Shown here: positions 24,788 through 34,946 of the stretch, piece by piece
Numbering within the stretch: position 1 is the first letter of the stretch
Layout: each line of letters starts with the position of its first letter
Source: a bacterium
GTDB taxonomy: Bacteria > Lernaellota > Lernaellaia > Lernaellales > Lernaellaceae
Assembly (NCBI GenBank): GCA_036725605.1
Contig: DAIMDW010000038.1
Span: 1 to 40,172, forward strand
DNA: 40,172 nt
Direction: 5' to 3'
Translations under genes and position numbers: made by a program
The notes under the pieces: generated by a model
Seen by the model: only the letters and a program-made list of their open reading frames with translations
Told to the model about the DNA's origin: nothing
Database searches by the model: none

Positions 24788-26175
24788 TGTCACGCGTACT
24801 GATTGTCGACGACCACAAGTCCACTGCCGACAGCCTGGCGCAAATCGCTTCGCGCCTGGGTCAGGACGTGAAGGTGCTCTATGAGGGCAACGAAGCGCTG
24901 GCGGAAATCGACGCCAATCCACCCGAGTTGATCGTCACCGACCTGCGTCTGCCCGGCGCTTCGGGGATCGACATTCTGACCCACGCCATGGCCTCGCACC
25001 CGGACATGGTGGTCATGGTGATCACGGCCTACGGTTCGATCGAAAGCGCGGTCGACGCGATGCGCAAGGGCGCGTTCGACTTCATCACCAAGCCGTTCAC
25101 CTACCCCGAAATGAAGGTCAAGCTGGAAAAGGCGCTCGAGCACGTGGCCGTCAAACAGGAGATGGCCCGCATGCGCGCCAGTCTGGACGCCTTCGCCGAA
25201 GACGAAACGCGGCGCTACAACTTCAACGAAATCATCGGCCGCAGCGCGGCGATGCAGCGCGTGTTCGACACGATCCGCAAGGTCGCCACCTCCGACGCGT
25301 CGGTGCTGATCCTCGGCGAAAGCGGCACCGGCAAGGAGTTGGTCGCGCGCGCGATTCACTACAACAGCCCGCGCAAGAACAAACCATTCATCCGCGCCCA
25401 CTGCGCCGCCTATGCCGAAGGCGTGCTCGAATCCGAATTGTTCGGCCACGAAAAGGGCTCCTTCACCGGCGCGGTGGCCCGCAAGATCGGCCGCTTCGAA
25501 CAGGCCGACGGCGGCACGCTGTTCCTCGACGAAATCGGCGACATCAACCACAATGTGCAGATCAAGCTGCTGCGCTTTTTGCAAGAAAAAGAATTCGAAC
25601 GCGTCGGCGGCAACCAAACTTTATCGGTCGACGTACGCATCCTCTCGGCGACCAACCAGGACCTCAAAGAAGGCATCGCGCGCAAGACGTTCCGCGAAGA
25701 CCTCTACTATCGCCTGAACGTCATCTCGATCGTCATGCCCTCGTTACGCGACCGCCTGGAGGACATCCCGCTGCTGGTCGAGCATTTCCTGCGGCTGTAT
25801 TCGGGGCGCGGTCCGGCCAAAACGATCACGCCCGAGGCGATGGTGCTGCTGACCAAATATCATTGGCCCGGCAACATCCGCGAGTTGCAGAACGTCATCG
25901 AGCGCGCCTGCGTGCTGGCGATGGGCGAAGCGATCACGGTCGAGCATCTGCCCAACGACATCACCGGCACGGGCGAAGCGACGCCGCGGCTGTCGGGCCC
26001 GGTGGACTTCGATTCCGAGGTGGAGAAGTTCGAAAAGACGCTGATCACCGGCGCGCTGACCGAAGTGGAATACGTGAAATCGCGCGCGGCGACGCTGCTG
26101 GGCATCGATCGCAACCGGTTGCGCTATAAGATGGAAAAATACGGCATCGAGGATTTAGGCACGTCGAATCAATAA
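24787..26175 (+). CDS. Sigma-54-dependent response regulator (NtrC family: REC, AAA+ sigma54-activation domain, Fis-type HTH)
   Basis: REC Asp in LIVTDLRLPG. Walker A GESGTGKE. GAFTGA motif (GSFTGA). C-terminal HTH. Confidence 0.9.
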   Translation: MSRVLIVDDHKSTADSLAQIASRLGQDVKVLYEGNEALAEIDANPPELIVTDLRLPGASGIDILTHAMASHPDMVVMVITAYGSIESAVDAMRKGAFDFITKPFTYPEMKVKLEKALEHVAVKQEMARMRASLDAFAEDETRRYNFNEIIGRSAAMQRVFDTIRKVATSDASVLILGESGTGKELVARAIHYNSPRKNKPFIRAHCAAYAEGVLESELFGHEKGSFTGAVARKIGRFEQADGGTLFLDEIGDINHNVQIKLLRFLQEKEFERVGGNQTLSVDVRILSATNQDLKEGIARKTFREDLYYRLNVISIVMPSLRDRLEDIPLLVEHFLRLYSGRGPAKTITPEAMVLLTKYHWPGNIRELQNVIERACVLAMGEAITVEHLPNDITGTGEATPRLSGPVDFDSEVEKFEKTLITGALTEVEYVKSRAATLLGIDRNRLRYKMEKYGIEDLGTSNQ

Positions 26176-26235
26176 GCCGTTCCGTTCGAAAAATCGTGGT
26201 TATATTTAGTCATCCATTTTATTGGGAGGGAATGG

Positions 26236-27447
26236 ATGCCGGAGAAAATTACGATTCGCGACGGGAATCTGTCGGTTCCCGACAATCCGATTATCTGCTT
26301 GCTCAAGGGTGACGGCACCGGTCCGGAGATCGTCGACACGGCCGTGTCGGTCATCGACCGCGCGGTCGCCAAAGCCTATGACGGCCGGCGCAAACTGCAT
26401 TGGTTGGAGTTGCCGGCGGGACTCAACTCGTTGGAGGCCGGCGGCGAACTGTTGCCCGCCGCGACGCTCGCCGCCATTCGCGACCACGTCATCGCGCTCA
26501 AAGGACCGATGACCACGCCGGTCGGGGAAGGCTTCCGCTCGGTGAACGTCACCTTGCGTCAGCAACTCGACCTGTACGCCTGCGTGCGGCCGGTGAAGCA
26601 TTTCGACAGTGTGCCCAGCCCGATCTGCGCGCCGCAAAAACTGGACATCGTCATCTTCCGCGAGAACACCGAAGACGTGTACACGGGCATCGAGTACGCC
26701 GCCGACAGCAAGGAAGCCGAATCGCTGATGCACTGCCTGCACGACCTGGGCGCCGACGTGCGCATCGACAGCGCGGTGGGCATCAAGCCGATCAGTCGGT
26801 TCGGCAGCAAGCGACTCATTCGCCGGGCGGTGGAATACGCCCTCGCCCACGGCCGGCGGCGCATCACCTTCATGCACAAGGGCAACATCATGAAGTTCAC
26901 CGAGGGCGCGTTCCGCAATTGGGGGTACGAGGTGGCGCGCGAAATGCTCGGCGAACGGATGGTCACGCTCGACGAGGTCGGCGACGAGCGCGAACCGCCG
27001 GCGGGCAAGATTCTGGTGCAGGACAAAATCGCCGACGCCATGTTTCAGGATCTGCTGTTGCGCCCGCATTGGCACGAGGTCATCGCGACGACCAACCTCA
27101 ACGGCGACTATCTGTCCGATGCCGCCGCGGCGCAGGTTGGCGGGCTGGGCATGGCGCCGGGGGCGAACATCGGCGACGACGCGGCCGTCTTCGAGGCGAC
27201 GCACGGCAGCGCGCCGCATTACGCGGGACAGGACAAGGTCAATCCGTCCAGCGTCATTCTCTCCGGCGTGCTGATGCTCGAACACCTCGGTTGGAAGGAA
27301 GCCGGCGCACTGATCATGCAGGCCATCCAGGAAACCATTCAAAACGAAACGGTCACCTACGATCTGGCGCGGCAGATCACCGGCGCGACGACCGTGCGCT
27401 GCAGCGAATTCGGCAAGCTCATCGAAGAGGCGATCGCGCGCGGCTAA
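26236..27447 (+). CDS. icd: NADP-dependent isocitrate dehydrogenase
   Basis: 403 aa. Isocitrate/isopropylmalate dehydrogenase family signatures ([27 protein letters not shown]). Confidence 0.9.
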   Translation: MPEKITIRDGNLSVPDNPIICLLKGDGTGPEIVDTAVSVIDRAVAKAYDGRRKLHWLELPAGLNSLEAGGELLPAATLAAIRDHVIALKGPMTTPVGEGFRSVNVTLRQQLDLYACVRPVKHFDSVPSPICAPQKLDIVIFRENTEDVYTGIEYAADSKEAESLMHCLHDLGADVRIDSAVGIKPISRFGSKRLIRRAVEYALAHGRRRITFMHKGNIMKFTEGAFRNWGYEVAREMLGERMVTLDEVGDEREPPAGKILVQDKIADAMFQDLLLRPHWHEVIATTNLNGDYLSDAAAAQVGGLGMAPGANIGDDAAVFEATHGSAPHYAGQDKVNPSSVILSGVLMLEHLGWKEAGALIMQAIQETIQNETVTYDLARQITGATTVRCSEFGKLIEEAIARG

Positions 27448-29045
27448 GGCTGCTTGAGGCGGAAGATCCAGTCGGTCGGCGGCACGACTTCCACGCGCGG
27501 CGCGACGTATGTATCCCACTGTTGTTTGTATTCGGCCTGGAAATTGTGCAAATGCAGCACGTAGCTCACCTCGTGCTCCGCGAGGTAAGCGCCGATGTCG
27601 CCCGAGCGCATCGCCCGCAACGCCTCGAAGTTCAGAATCCCGTCAAGGTTCACCACGGTGTATTCCGGTAGATAATAACCGAATACGCCGCAGTCGGTGT
27701 AGCCGATTCGCGCCCCGCGCGGCACGGTCCGCTCGATCGTGCTTACCAATTCACGGGCGTGCGTCGGCGAGGCGTTTTTCAGCCAATGGCCGATGCCCGG
27801 CAAGGCCAACAGCAGGGCGACAACCACGAGCGCAACCGTCCGACTCGCCTTCGCGCGCAGCCATTTCGTTTCGGCCAGTCCGGAGAAAAACGCGCCCCAC
27901 ACCATCAGCAGGCCGACGCTGAACGGGAAAAAATGGCGCATTGAATAGTTGAGCATGTACAGCGGATAAAACAGCGCCGCGCCAGCCAAGGCAATCAGCA
28001 CGAAACCCAACGGCCGCAAGCGCGCCATGCGACGCAGGCCGGCTTTGCCGGCGGCAATCAAGGCGACGGCGAGGCCCGCGACGATCAGCAACAACAGGAC
28101 CGCCGCGCCGGGGCGCGTTTTGAACAATTGCGCGAGAAAACCGGTCTGCAGGCGCTCGACGCCCAACAGCCAGCGCGCGAGCAGGCGCATCAACCCCTCG
28201 TAGCCGGTCAGCGGCTCCAGCGGCAGCTTGATGCCGAGGCTGACCAGTTTGACGACGGCGAATTTGACCATGCCGCCCAGCGATTCCGGAATGTCCTGCC
28301 GGACCAGACCGCGCCAATGGTGAAACGCCCCGCTGGATTGGAAAAACGAGCCGGTCGCCGCTTTGCTCCAGACGAACCACGGCGTCAGCAACGCCAACGC
28401 GGGGAGGAAGATCGTCAATCCGCCGCGCATCATCCGCAGCGGTTCGCGCCGGTGACGCCACAGCCAATCGAGTCCGACGGCGAAAAAGAGAAAGACCGCA
28501 TCGAAGCGCGCGTAGGCGGTCAAGGCGAGCAAAACGCTCATAAGCAGCAGTCGGCGCGGCGTTTCGTCATCGCGCAGGCGCAGGTAAAACGCGATCGTCC
28601 CCCAGAACAACAACGCATGCAGCGGCGTTTCCAGCCCACTCATCGAATGGACGATCAGGTTGGCGTTGCCCACGTACAGGCAGCCGGCGACGACAGCGGC
28701 GCGCTCGTCGACCAGGCGCGCGGTCAGACGGTAGACGAGCGCCAGCAGGCCGGCCGAGGCGCAGGCCATCAGCAACAGCGCCAGGCGCAAACACAGATCC
28801 GGGTGCGCGCCGAACACGGCCATGACCGGCGTCATCAGAAAACCGTACAGCGGCTGAAAACCGTTGGTGGCGTAACCGCCGTAGGTGATGCCCTCGCCGC
28901 CGGCGACGTGGCGGGCGATGGTCAGCGTGTAGTAGGCGTCGTCGAGCAGATGAACATGCGGATTGCCCAACGCCAGCGCGCCGGTCAGGAGCAGATGGGC
29001 GACGATCAGCCACAGAAGAATTTTGCGCCCGCCGGATTCGCTCAC
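27444..29045 (-). CDS. GT-C fold glycosyltransferase (ArnT/PMT-like polyprenol-phosphate sugar transferase, multi-TM)
   Basis: 533 aa with more than 10 TM segments. N-terminal loop with DD/DE-containing motif (HLLDDAYY). Architecture is ArnT/GT39-like. Confidence 0.55.
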   Translation of the reverse strand: MSESGGRKILLWLIVAHLLLTGALALGNPHVHLLDDAYYTLTIARHVAGGEGITYGGYATNGFQPLYGFLMTPVMAVFGAHPDLCLRLALLLMACASAGLLALVYRLTARLVDERAAVVAGCLYVGNANLIVHSMSGLETPLHALLFWGTIAFYLRLRDDETPRRLLLMSVLLALTAYARFDAVFLFFAVGLDWLWRHRREPLRMMRGGLTIFLPALALLTPWFVWSKAATGSFFQSSGAFHHWRGLVRQDIPESLGGMVKFAVVKLVSLGIKLPLEPLTGYEGLMRLLARWLLGVERLQTGFLAQLFKTRPGAAVLLLLIVAGLAVALIAAGKAGLRRMARLRPLGFVLIALAGAALFYPLYMLNYSMRHFFPFSVGLLMVWGAFFSGLAETKWLRAKASRTVALVVVALLLALPGIGHWLKNASPTHARELVSTIERTVPRGARIGYTDCGVFGYYLPEYTVVNLDGILNFEALRAMRSGDIGAYLAEHEVSYVLHLHNFQAEYKQQWDTYVAPRVEVVPPTDWIFRLKQP

Positions 29046-30280
29046 GACAACACCCCTTCCAGCAGGCGCTCCAGGCGTTGGATGTGCAACGTCGGATCGT
29101 GTTCGCGGGCGATCATCTCGCGTCCGGCGCGCCCGAGGCGCTCGGCCAAGCCGGGTTCGTCCAATCGCTGCAACGCGGCAAGCAGACCACCCGCATCGCC
29201 CAGCGCAAACAGCAAACCGGTGACGCCGTCGCGTACCTGCTCGGGCAGACTGCCGTGATCACTAGCCACCACCGGTCGGCTGTGCGCCAGCGCTTCAAGT
29301 ACGGTGTGCGGCGAATTTTCCCACCACAACGAAGGTACGACGACCGCACGGGCCCGCGCGTACAGACGCGATAAATCTTCGCCGCGCACGAAACCGGCGA
29401 ACTCTATGTTATCGATATGCTCGCGGCTCGCCCACTCACGCAGTTCGCGTCCGTCGGGCGTATCCACATCGCCGGCGATGACCAAACGATGATTCGTGCC
29501 GCGCACCGCTTCGATCGCCAGCCGCGCGCCCTTGGCCGGGAACAGCCCGCCGACAAACAACAGTGGACCGTCATCCGGCGGCGGCCCCGGATCGGGCGAC
29601 AGCGTTAGCGGCGTGGGCAGATGCCACAAGCGTCCCGCCGCGAAACCGCCCTCTTTCATTTTCTCGATCAGAAAACGGCTCGGCGCGATAAAGCCTGCAA
29701 CCTTGGCGCTCGCACCGCGCAGATCGGCATAGGTCATCGCGGCCACGCGCGCGGCGGTGACGGCCAGCGAATTTTTCAGGCAGCGGTGCACCAGCGCGGG
29801 CATCTTGCTCGTACGGCACAGGAAACACGGCTTGCCGTCGCGCAGGCAGTTGTAGGCCGGGCAGATCATCTGGAAATCGGAAAGGCGCATCACCACCGGG
29901 ACGCCGGCTTCGTGCGCGGCGAGGATCAACTCGGGGTACAGGTAATGCGCGATCTGCAGCGCAAGCACGACCTCGATTTTCTTTTCGCGCAGCACACGCA
30001 AGGCGGCCCGGCGCACGTCGTCGTTGCGCACAACCTTGAGCGCAAGGCGGGCGCGCTCAACCGGCGACAACGGACGATCGCCGTGCAGCACAAAATTTTC
30101 ATCGAGCGGCGGCGGCGGAAAATAATCGGCGTCGGCGCACGGTTCATTACGCGCGTACCGCAACGCGAAGGGCGTCACCTCGTGTCCGCGTTCGGTCAAC
30201 AGCCGCTGAACGGCGAACAGATAACGCTCCGGTCCGCCGGATAAAAAGAAGCGATTCGAGGCGAGCAGGATGCGGATAAT
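29042..30280 (-). CDS. GT4-family glycosyltransferase (GT-B fold)
   Basis: C-terminal EX7E-type motif (PSLWWENSPHTVLEALAHSRPVVAS). The conserved N-terminus (M/I)RILLASNRFFLSGGPERYLFAVQRLLTERGHEV lies upstream of the first ATG/GTG/TTG. The only candidates are ATT (30280) or ATC (30277), 3-6 nt after GGGGAGG. Confidence 0.7.
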   Translation of the reverse strand: MIRILLASNRFFLSGGPERYLFAVQRLLTERGHEVTPFALRYARNEPCADADYFPPPPLDENFVLHGDRPLSPVERARLALKVVRNDDVRRAALRVLREKKIEVVLALQIAHYLYPELILAAHEAGVPVVMRLSDFQMICPAYNCLRDGKPCFLCRTSKMPALVHRCLKNSLAVTAARVAAMTYADLRGASAKVAGFIAPSRFLIEKMKEGGFAAGRLWHLPTPLTLSPDPGPPPDDGPLLFVGGLFPAKGARLAIEAVRGTNHRLVIAGDVDTPDGRELREWASREHIDNIEFAGFVRGEDLSRLYARARAVVVPSLWWENSPHTVLEALAHSRPVVASDHGSLPEQVRDGVTGLLFALGDAGGLLAALQRLDEPGLAERLGRAGREMIAREHDPTLHIQRLERLLEGVLS

Positions 30281-30352
30281 CGACCTCCCCGGGAAAACGC
30301 GCGTCCTGGTATCCGTTGCAATTATGCGCGACTGTGATAATGGTTTTTACCG

Positions 30353-31075
30353 ATGAAACAGCCGTCACGCAAGTTAATCCGCTCGATCGCGAAGACCGTT
30401 GCCGTGATCGGCGTGCTGACCATTCTGGGCGTTTTCGCCTATCGATACAACTACGAACTCGAGACGGTCAAAGCGTATCTGTACACGTTCAACACGCTGA
30501 CGGCGGCGGTGATCTACGCCCTGCTCTACTTCGTCGTTTCGGTCGTACCGGCACCGGGCGCGCGTGATACGTTCAAGCTGGTCGGGCCGATGCGCTTCGG
30601 TTTTCTCGGTTCGGTGCTCTTGGTGTGGATCGGCGAGATGCTCGCGGCGGCGATCAGCTTTCCCATCGGGCGCTGGGCCGGTCGCGACCTGCTGGAGCAG
30701 CTTTTCGGCGCACGGATGGTCCGTCTCAACGAGCGGCTGAAGGGCGCGAGCTGGAAGTCGATCGCGTTCCTGCGCATCCTGCCGGTCATCCCCTATCGCC
30801 ACTTCAACTTCTCGGCGGGGCTGGTCGACGTGCGTTTCGGCGCGTACCTGCTGGGCAGCGCGGTGGGCATTTTGGGGCGCACCGCATTTTTCCAATTCCT
30901 GTTCGCCATCGCCATGGATTTCCTGATCGCGCGCGGCGTGACCATTCTGCAGCTTTATGTCGTTTCGGTCTTCCTCGTGCCGATTATGCTTGGTATCTTT
31001 TTCCTGTTCGGCCGTAAACGGAAGAAAAACAAAGCCGCTCACCAAGAGCGGGAAACGAGTTCGTCAGCATCATGA
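30353..31075 (+). CDS. DedA/TVP38/TMEM64-family membrane protein
   Basis: Multi-TM. Signature LRILPVIPYRHFNFSAGL. Confidence 0.8.
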   Translation: MKQPSRKLIRSIAKTVAVIGVLTILGVFAYRYNYELETVKAYLYTFNTLTAAVIYALLYFVVSVVPAPGARDTFKLVGPMRFGFLGSVLLVWIGEMLAAAISFPIGRWAGRDLLEQLFGARMVRLNERLKGASWKSIAFLRILPVIPYRHFNFSAGLVDVRFGAYLLGSAVGILGRTAFFQFLFAIAMDFLIARGVTILQLYVVSVFLVPIMLGIFFLFGRKRKKNKAAHQERETSSSAS

Positions 31076-31572
31076 AAATCGGCAACCGCCATCGCCAACG
31101 CAACATCGCGATCGGAGCGATCACCCTGTTGATCGTCTGCGGCCTGTTGATCGTCGGCGTCGCCAACAAGCGAAGGCAGGCGGCGGAAGAACGGCAGTTG
31201 CTGCACCGGGCCGATCTGCTGACCGTCAAGGCGCTGGCCGGGCAATGCGCGCTGTATGCGCAGGCCGAAGCGCTTTACAAACAGGCCATGCGTTTTCACC
31301 TGCAAGATCGCGATCTGGTGGGCCGCGCCAGTCTATGCGCCACGTTGAGCGGTTACTGCGGACAGGATGTGCGCCCGTTGCTTATCACGCGGCTGCATCT
31401 GCTGACGACCGGCAACGCGCAACCCGACGACATCAAGGCGGTGCTCGAGTTACAGTTGGCCGCGGGCGATCGGCAAAGCGCGCTGACGACCACGGCGCGT
31501 TATGCGGATGATCCGTACAGCCAATGGCTGGGGGAATGGTTGCGGGAACTGCCCGCGCCCGGCGAGGAGTGA
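31072..31572 (+). CDS. Hypothetical membrane-anchored protein
   Basis: Single N-terminal TM. ATGA overlap with dedA. No recognisable family. Confidence 0.4.
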   Translation: MKIGNRHRQRNIAIGAITLLIVCGLLIVGVANKRRQAAEERQLLHRADLLTVKALAGQCALYAQAEALYKQAMRFHLQDRDLVGRASLCATLSGYCGQDVRPLLITRLHLLTTGNAQPDDIKAVLELQLAAGDRQSALTTTARYADDPYSQWLGEWLRELPAPGEE

Positions 31573-31576
31573 GGGA

Positions 31577-32584
31577 ATGGAACTTTCACCCAACGAGCGC
31601 GACAACCTGTTGCAATGGAACGGCCGGCGGCGCGGCTTTTACGAAGTCTACTATTTGAAGTGGAACGACCCGGCCAGCCGCACGGCCTGCTGGATCCGCT
31701 ACACGCTCACCAGCCCGTTGCCGCGCGTGGGCGCGCCGTATTGCGAGCTGTGGGGAATTTTCTTCGACATCGATCATCCGGAAAAAAATTTCGCGGTGAA
31801 AAACCGTTTTCCCATCGAGCAGCTTTCCTGGGACGCCGACCGGTTCCGCGTGGGCATCGCGAAGGGCGAACTCACGCACAACGCCTGCCGGGCGCGGATC
31901 GAACACGAGGGACACGAGTTGGCGTGGGATTTGACCTTCGCTTCGACGCTGCCGACCTATCGCTATTTCCCCTACGAGTCGTTTTATCGCGGCGCGTTTC
32001 CCAGGACCAAAGGCGTTTCGCCGCACGTCGATGCGCGCTTCGACGGCACGATCGAGGCCGACGGGCGGACCATTCGCCTGCACGATGCGCCGGGGCAGCA
32101 AACGCATTTGTGGGGCACACAGCACGGACAACGGTGGGCGTGGGGGCACTGCAACACGTTCCGCGAGGACCCGACCGCGCTATGGGAAGGCCTGGACGCA
32201 CAAATCAAAGTCGGGCCGGTCCTCAGTCCGCATTTTAAACTGTTTTACGTGCGCTGGCTGGGCCGCGATCATTTCTTCAACGACCTGTCCGCGTGGCTGA
32301 GCAACGAAAGCGACTGGCAGGTCGGACGTTGGACGTTCGCGCTGAAGAACGAGGAGCTGCGCATCGAAGGCGCGGCGGTGTGTCGCTTCGACGAACTGGT
32401 GGCGGTCACCTACATGGATCCCAACGGCAATTCGCTGTGGTGCAACAACAGCAAGATCGCCTCGCTGCGTTTGTCGATTTACGATCGCGGCGGCGCGCAT
32501 CTGGCCGAGTTGACCAGCGAACACGGCGCGGCGGCGGAGTTCGTCGATCGGGTGACGCATCCGCAGGTGCCGGTGCGCATCTAA
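31577..32584 (+). CDS. Conserved hypothetical protein (family not recognised)
   Basis: 335-aa ORF with coding composition and a plausible start (MELSPNER) just after the previous gene. Confidence 0.45.
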   Translation: MELSPNERDNLLQWNGRRRGFYEVYYLKWNDPASRTACWIRYTLTSPLPRVGAPYCELWGIFFDIDHPEKNFAVKNRFPIEQLSWDADRFRVGIAKGELTHNACRARIEHEGHELAWDLTFASTLPTYRYFPYESFYRGAFPRTKGVSPHVDARFDGTIEADGRTIRLHDAPGQQTHLWGTQHGQRWAWGHCNTFREDPTALWEGLDAQIKVGPVLSPHFKLFYVRWLGRDHFFNDLSAWLSNESDWQVGRWTFALKNEELRIEGAAVCRFDELVAVTYMDPNGNSLWCNNSKIASLRLSIYDRGGAHLAELTSEHGAAAEFVDRVTHPQVPVRI

Positions 32585-32644
32585 CTTGAATTCGACTGTC
32601 ATCTGTGATGTATTCCCGAATAAATTTTTCGGAGAGCAAATTAA

Positions 32645-34942
32645 ATGGCCGAAAATGCAGCAACGCCCAATCTGAGAAAAACGCTCTTGATTGTCTTCGT
32701 GCTTTCGTCCTGCACGTTGATGTTCGAGTTGATCATCTCGCGCATGTCGGTTTTTTATCTGAACTACGCCAACAGCTTCATCGCCATTCCGCTGACCCTC
32801 TTCGGGCTGGCGGTGGGCAGTTTGCGCGTGCACCTGGGCAAACGGAAGATCGAAGATTACAGCATTTCGCGCAACTTGGTTTTTTTGACGATCTTCTCGT
32901 TCATCGCTTTTGCCGTCGTGTTTTTGATCTTCAGCCAGCTCTTTCACATCACGCATCGCTCGCGCCCGTCGAGCACGGAGATGATCCTCAAGACGCTGGC
33001 GTTCGTCGTCGCGTTCCTGCCGCCGTTCTATTTCGTCGGCAAGATTCTCACCGCGCTGTACGCGCTCAACCGCAAGATCATCGGCAAGATCTACAGCCTG
33101 GATCTGTTCGGCGCGGCGCTGGCGTGTTTCGTGACGCCGCTGCTGTTTCACTTCATCGATCTGCCGTACCTGATTTTCATCTGCCTGCTGGCGATCATCA
33201 CGGTGACGACGCTGTCGTTCGGCAAGCCCAATTGGAAGGTGGTGGCCGCATTCGTCGTGGTCAATCTGCTCGTGCTGCCGACCCTGATTTTCCTGGAAGG
33301 ACGCTACGATCTGCGCAAGACCGTGTCGCACAACAAGAGCTGGAAGGTCGAGGAAATCGCCCACAAGTGGAACGAATTCAGCCGCGTGTCGCTGTTGCGC
33401 GTCAAGCAGCCGAACGGCAACATTTGGTACAAGATCATCCACGACAACGCGGAAAGCAACGTCGCGGTGATTCCCTATCGGCCGGGGGAAGAGCCGAAGG
33501 TTCCGCTCGCCAAGGACGTGCGTATTCCCTTTTTACTGGAACGCAATACGGATGATATCCTGGTCATGTTCGCCGGCAGCGGCCGCGACATGATCGAGCT
33601 CGAATCGTTGGGCGGCGGCAAACGCATCCTCACCGGCGTGGAACTCAATCCGCTGTGCATCGATTTCGCGGTCGACACGCCCGAAATCGCCGACATGCGC
33701 ATCAAAGAATTTTACGATCTGCCCAACGTGAACATGGTGGTGATGGAGGGCCGGCGCTTTTTGGATTCGGACCGCTCGCTGTACGACCTGGTGTACATCG
33801 GTTCGGCGGCGGCGACCTCGCAATACAAATCGGGGCACAGCCGCAAGTACCTGGACACCAAGGAGGCGATGGCCGCGTACTACGACCATCTGCGCGACGA
33901 CGGCATGATGCTCTTCCACTGCCAGCCGGCGGTGCACTTCGTCGAGTCGCTCAAGGCGCTGCACGCCGAGCGCGGCCTGCCGGGTTTTGATCAACGCATC
34001 ATGCTGATGACCGAAAAGAACAAGCGGTTGGATCGCTGCGACACGACGGTTTATTCCAAGAAACCGTTCACGCCCGCAGAGGTGACGGCGGTGACGCAAC
34101 GGTACGGCAACCGCGTGCATTACGCGCCCGGGTACAAGCGCAACCGCAAGTTCGCCGCGCAGATGGTCACCGGCAAGCCGCTGGACGAACTGGCGCTGGT
34201 CACCGACAACCGGCCGTTCGTGCGCATGCTCGACTTCGAAAACTTTCGTCTCTTCCCGTCGAAAAAGTGGATCAAGTCGATCAGCTATTACCGCAGTTGG
34301 ATCAAGATCGCGACCCTGCTGTTCATCGGCGCGGTGCTGGTGGTCATCCTCGCCTTCCTGTACGTCAAACGGGCGAAGATGCCGCCGGCGAACATGATGC
34401 TTTATCTATTGATAACCGGCTTCGCCTACATGCTCGTCGAGATCACCTACATCGCCAAGCTCGAACTGTTTTTGGAAAATCCGCTGTACAGCATGGCGCT
34501 GCTGCTGTCGATTTTCCTCACGACCAACGCGGTGGGCAGCGCGCTGTACAACCGCTATCACGCCAAAATGCCGATGACGGTGATGCCGCTGCTGGTCGGC
34601 GCGCTGGTGCTGGTCACGCTGTGGGCGATGGATTTCGTCATCGCGCACCGGCTGGGCATGGGCCTGTGGCTCAAGGTGCCGTTGACGGTGCTGCTGACCG
34701 CGCCGGTGGGCGTGTGCCTCGGCCTGTTTTATCCCTACGTGGTCACCTGGCTGACCGAGCACGACCGCGCCGACGCGGTGCCGATCACCTACGGCATCTC
34801 GACGCTCTCGTCGGTCGCCGGCGCGACCTACGCCATGACGATGATCATCAACCTGGGCTTCACCAACATCATCCACCAGGCGGCCGTCGGCTACGCCGCG
34901 CTGACGCTATTGTTGGGCGCGATGCGGTTGGTGCGGCGCTAG
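32645..34942 (+). CDS. Fused polytopic membrane / spermidine-synthase-like (aminopropyltransferase fold) protein
   Basis: About 7 N-terminal TM segments. Central Rossmann-fold methyltransferase/SpeE-like block (VLVMFAGSGRDMIELESLGGGKRILTGVELNP). C-terminal TM bundle. Confidence 0.6.
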   Translation: MAENAATPNLRKTLLIVFVLSSCTLMFELIISRMSVFYLNYANSFIAIPLTLFGLAVGSLRVHLGKRKIEDYSISRNLVFLTIFSFIAFAVVFLIFSQLFHITHRSRPSSTEMILKTLAFVVAFLPPFYFVGKILTALYALNRKIIGKIYSLDLFGAALACFVTPLLFHFIDLPYLIFICLLAIITVTTLSFGKPNWKVVAAFVVVNLLVLPTLIFLEGRYDLRKTVSHNKSWKVEEIAHKWNEFSRVSLLRVKQPNGNIWYKIIHDNAESNVAVIPYRPGEEPKVPLAKDVRIPFLLERNTDDILVMFAGSGRDMIELESLGGGKRILTGVELNPLCIDFAVDTPEIADMRIKEFYDLPNVNMVVMEGRRFLDSDRSLYDLVYIGSAAATSQYKSGHSRKYLDTKEAMAAYYDHLRDDGMMLFHCQPAVHFVESLKALHAERGLPGFDQRIMLMTEKNKRLDRCDTTVYSKKPFTPAEVTAVTQRYGNRVHYAPGYKRNRKFAAQMVTGKPLDELALVTDNRPFVRMLDFENFRLFPSKKWIKSISYYRSWIKIATLLFIGAVLVVILAFLYVKRAKMPPANMMLYLLITGFAYMLVEITYIAKLELFLENPLYSMALLLSIFLTTNAVGSALYNRYHAKMPMTVMPLLVGALVLVTLWAMDFVIAHRLGMGLWLKVPLTVLLTAPVGVCLGLFYPYVVTWLTEHDRADAVPITYGISTLSSVAGATYAMTMIINLGFTNIIHQAAVGYAALTLLLGAMRLVRR

Positions 34943-34946
34943 GCGC

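Noticed and set aside
22937-24922. 661-aa minus-strand ORF opposite the histidine kinase. The same applies to 10411-11187, 11188-12279, 13116-13877, 13878-15305, 16271-17056, 16947-18176, 21009-22733, 25412-26129, 26206-27519, 26400-27671, 28128-29258, 29621-30244, 32180-33442, 35097-36077, 36613-38109 and 37052-38701.
   Set aside because: These are typical high-GC shadow ORFs. They are Arg/Ala/Gly/Val-rich, lack recognisable domains, and each lies entirely within a strongly supported gene on the other strand or frame.
31577-32584. Assigning the 335-aa protein to a CrtC/AttH-like hydratase or tocopherol-cyclase-like family
   Set aside because: It is a vague resemblance only. I could not identify diagnostic motifs from memory.
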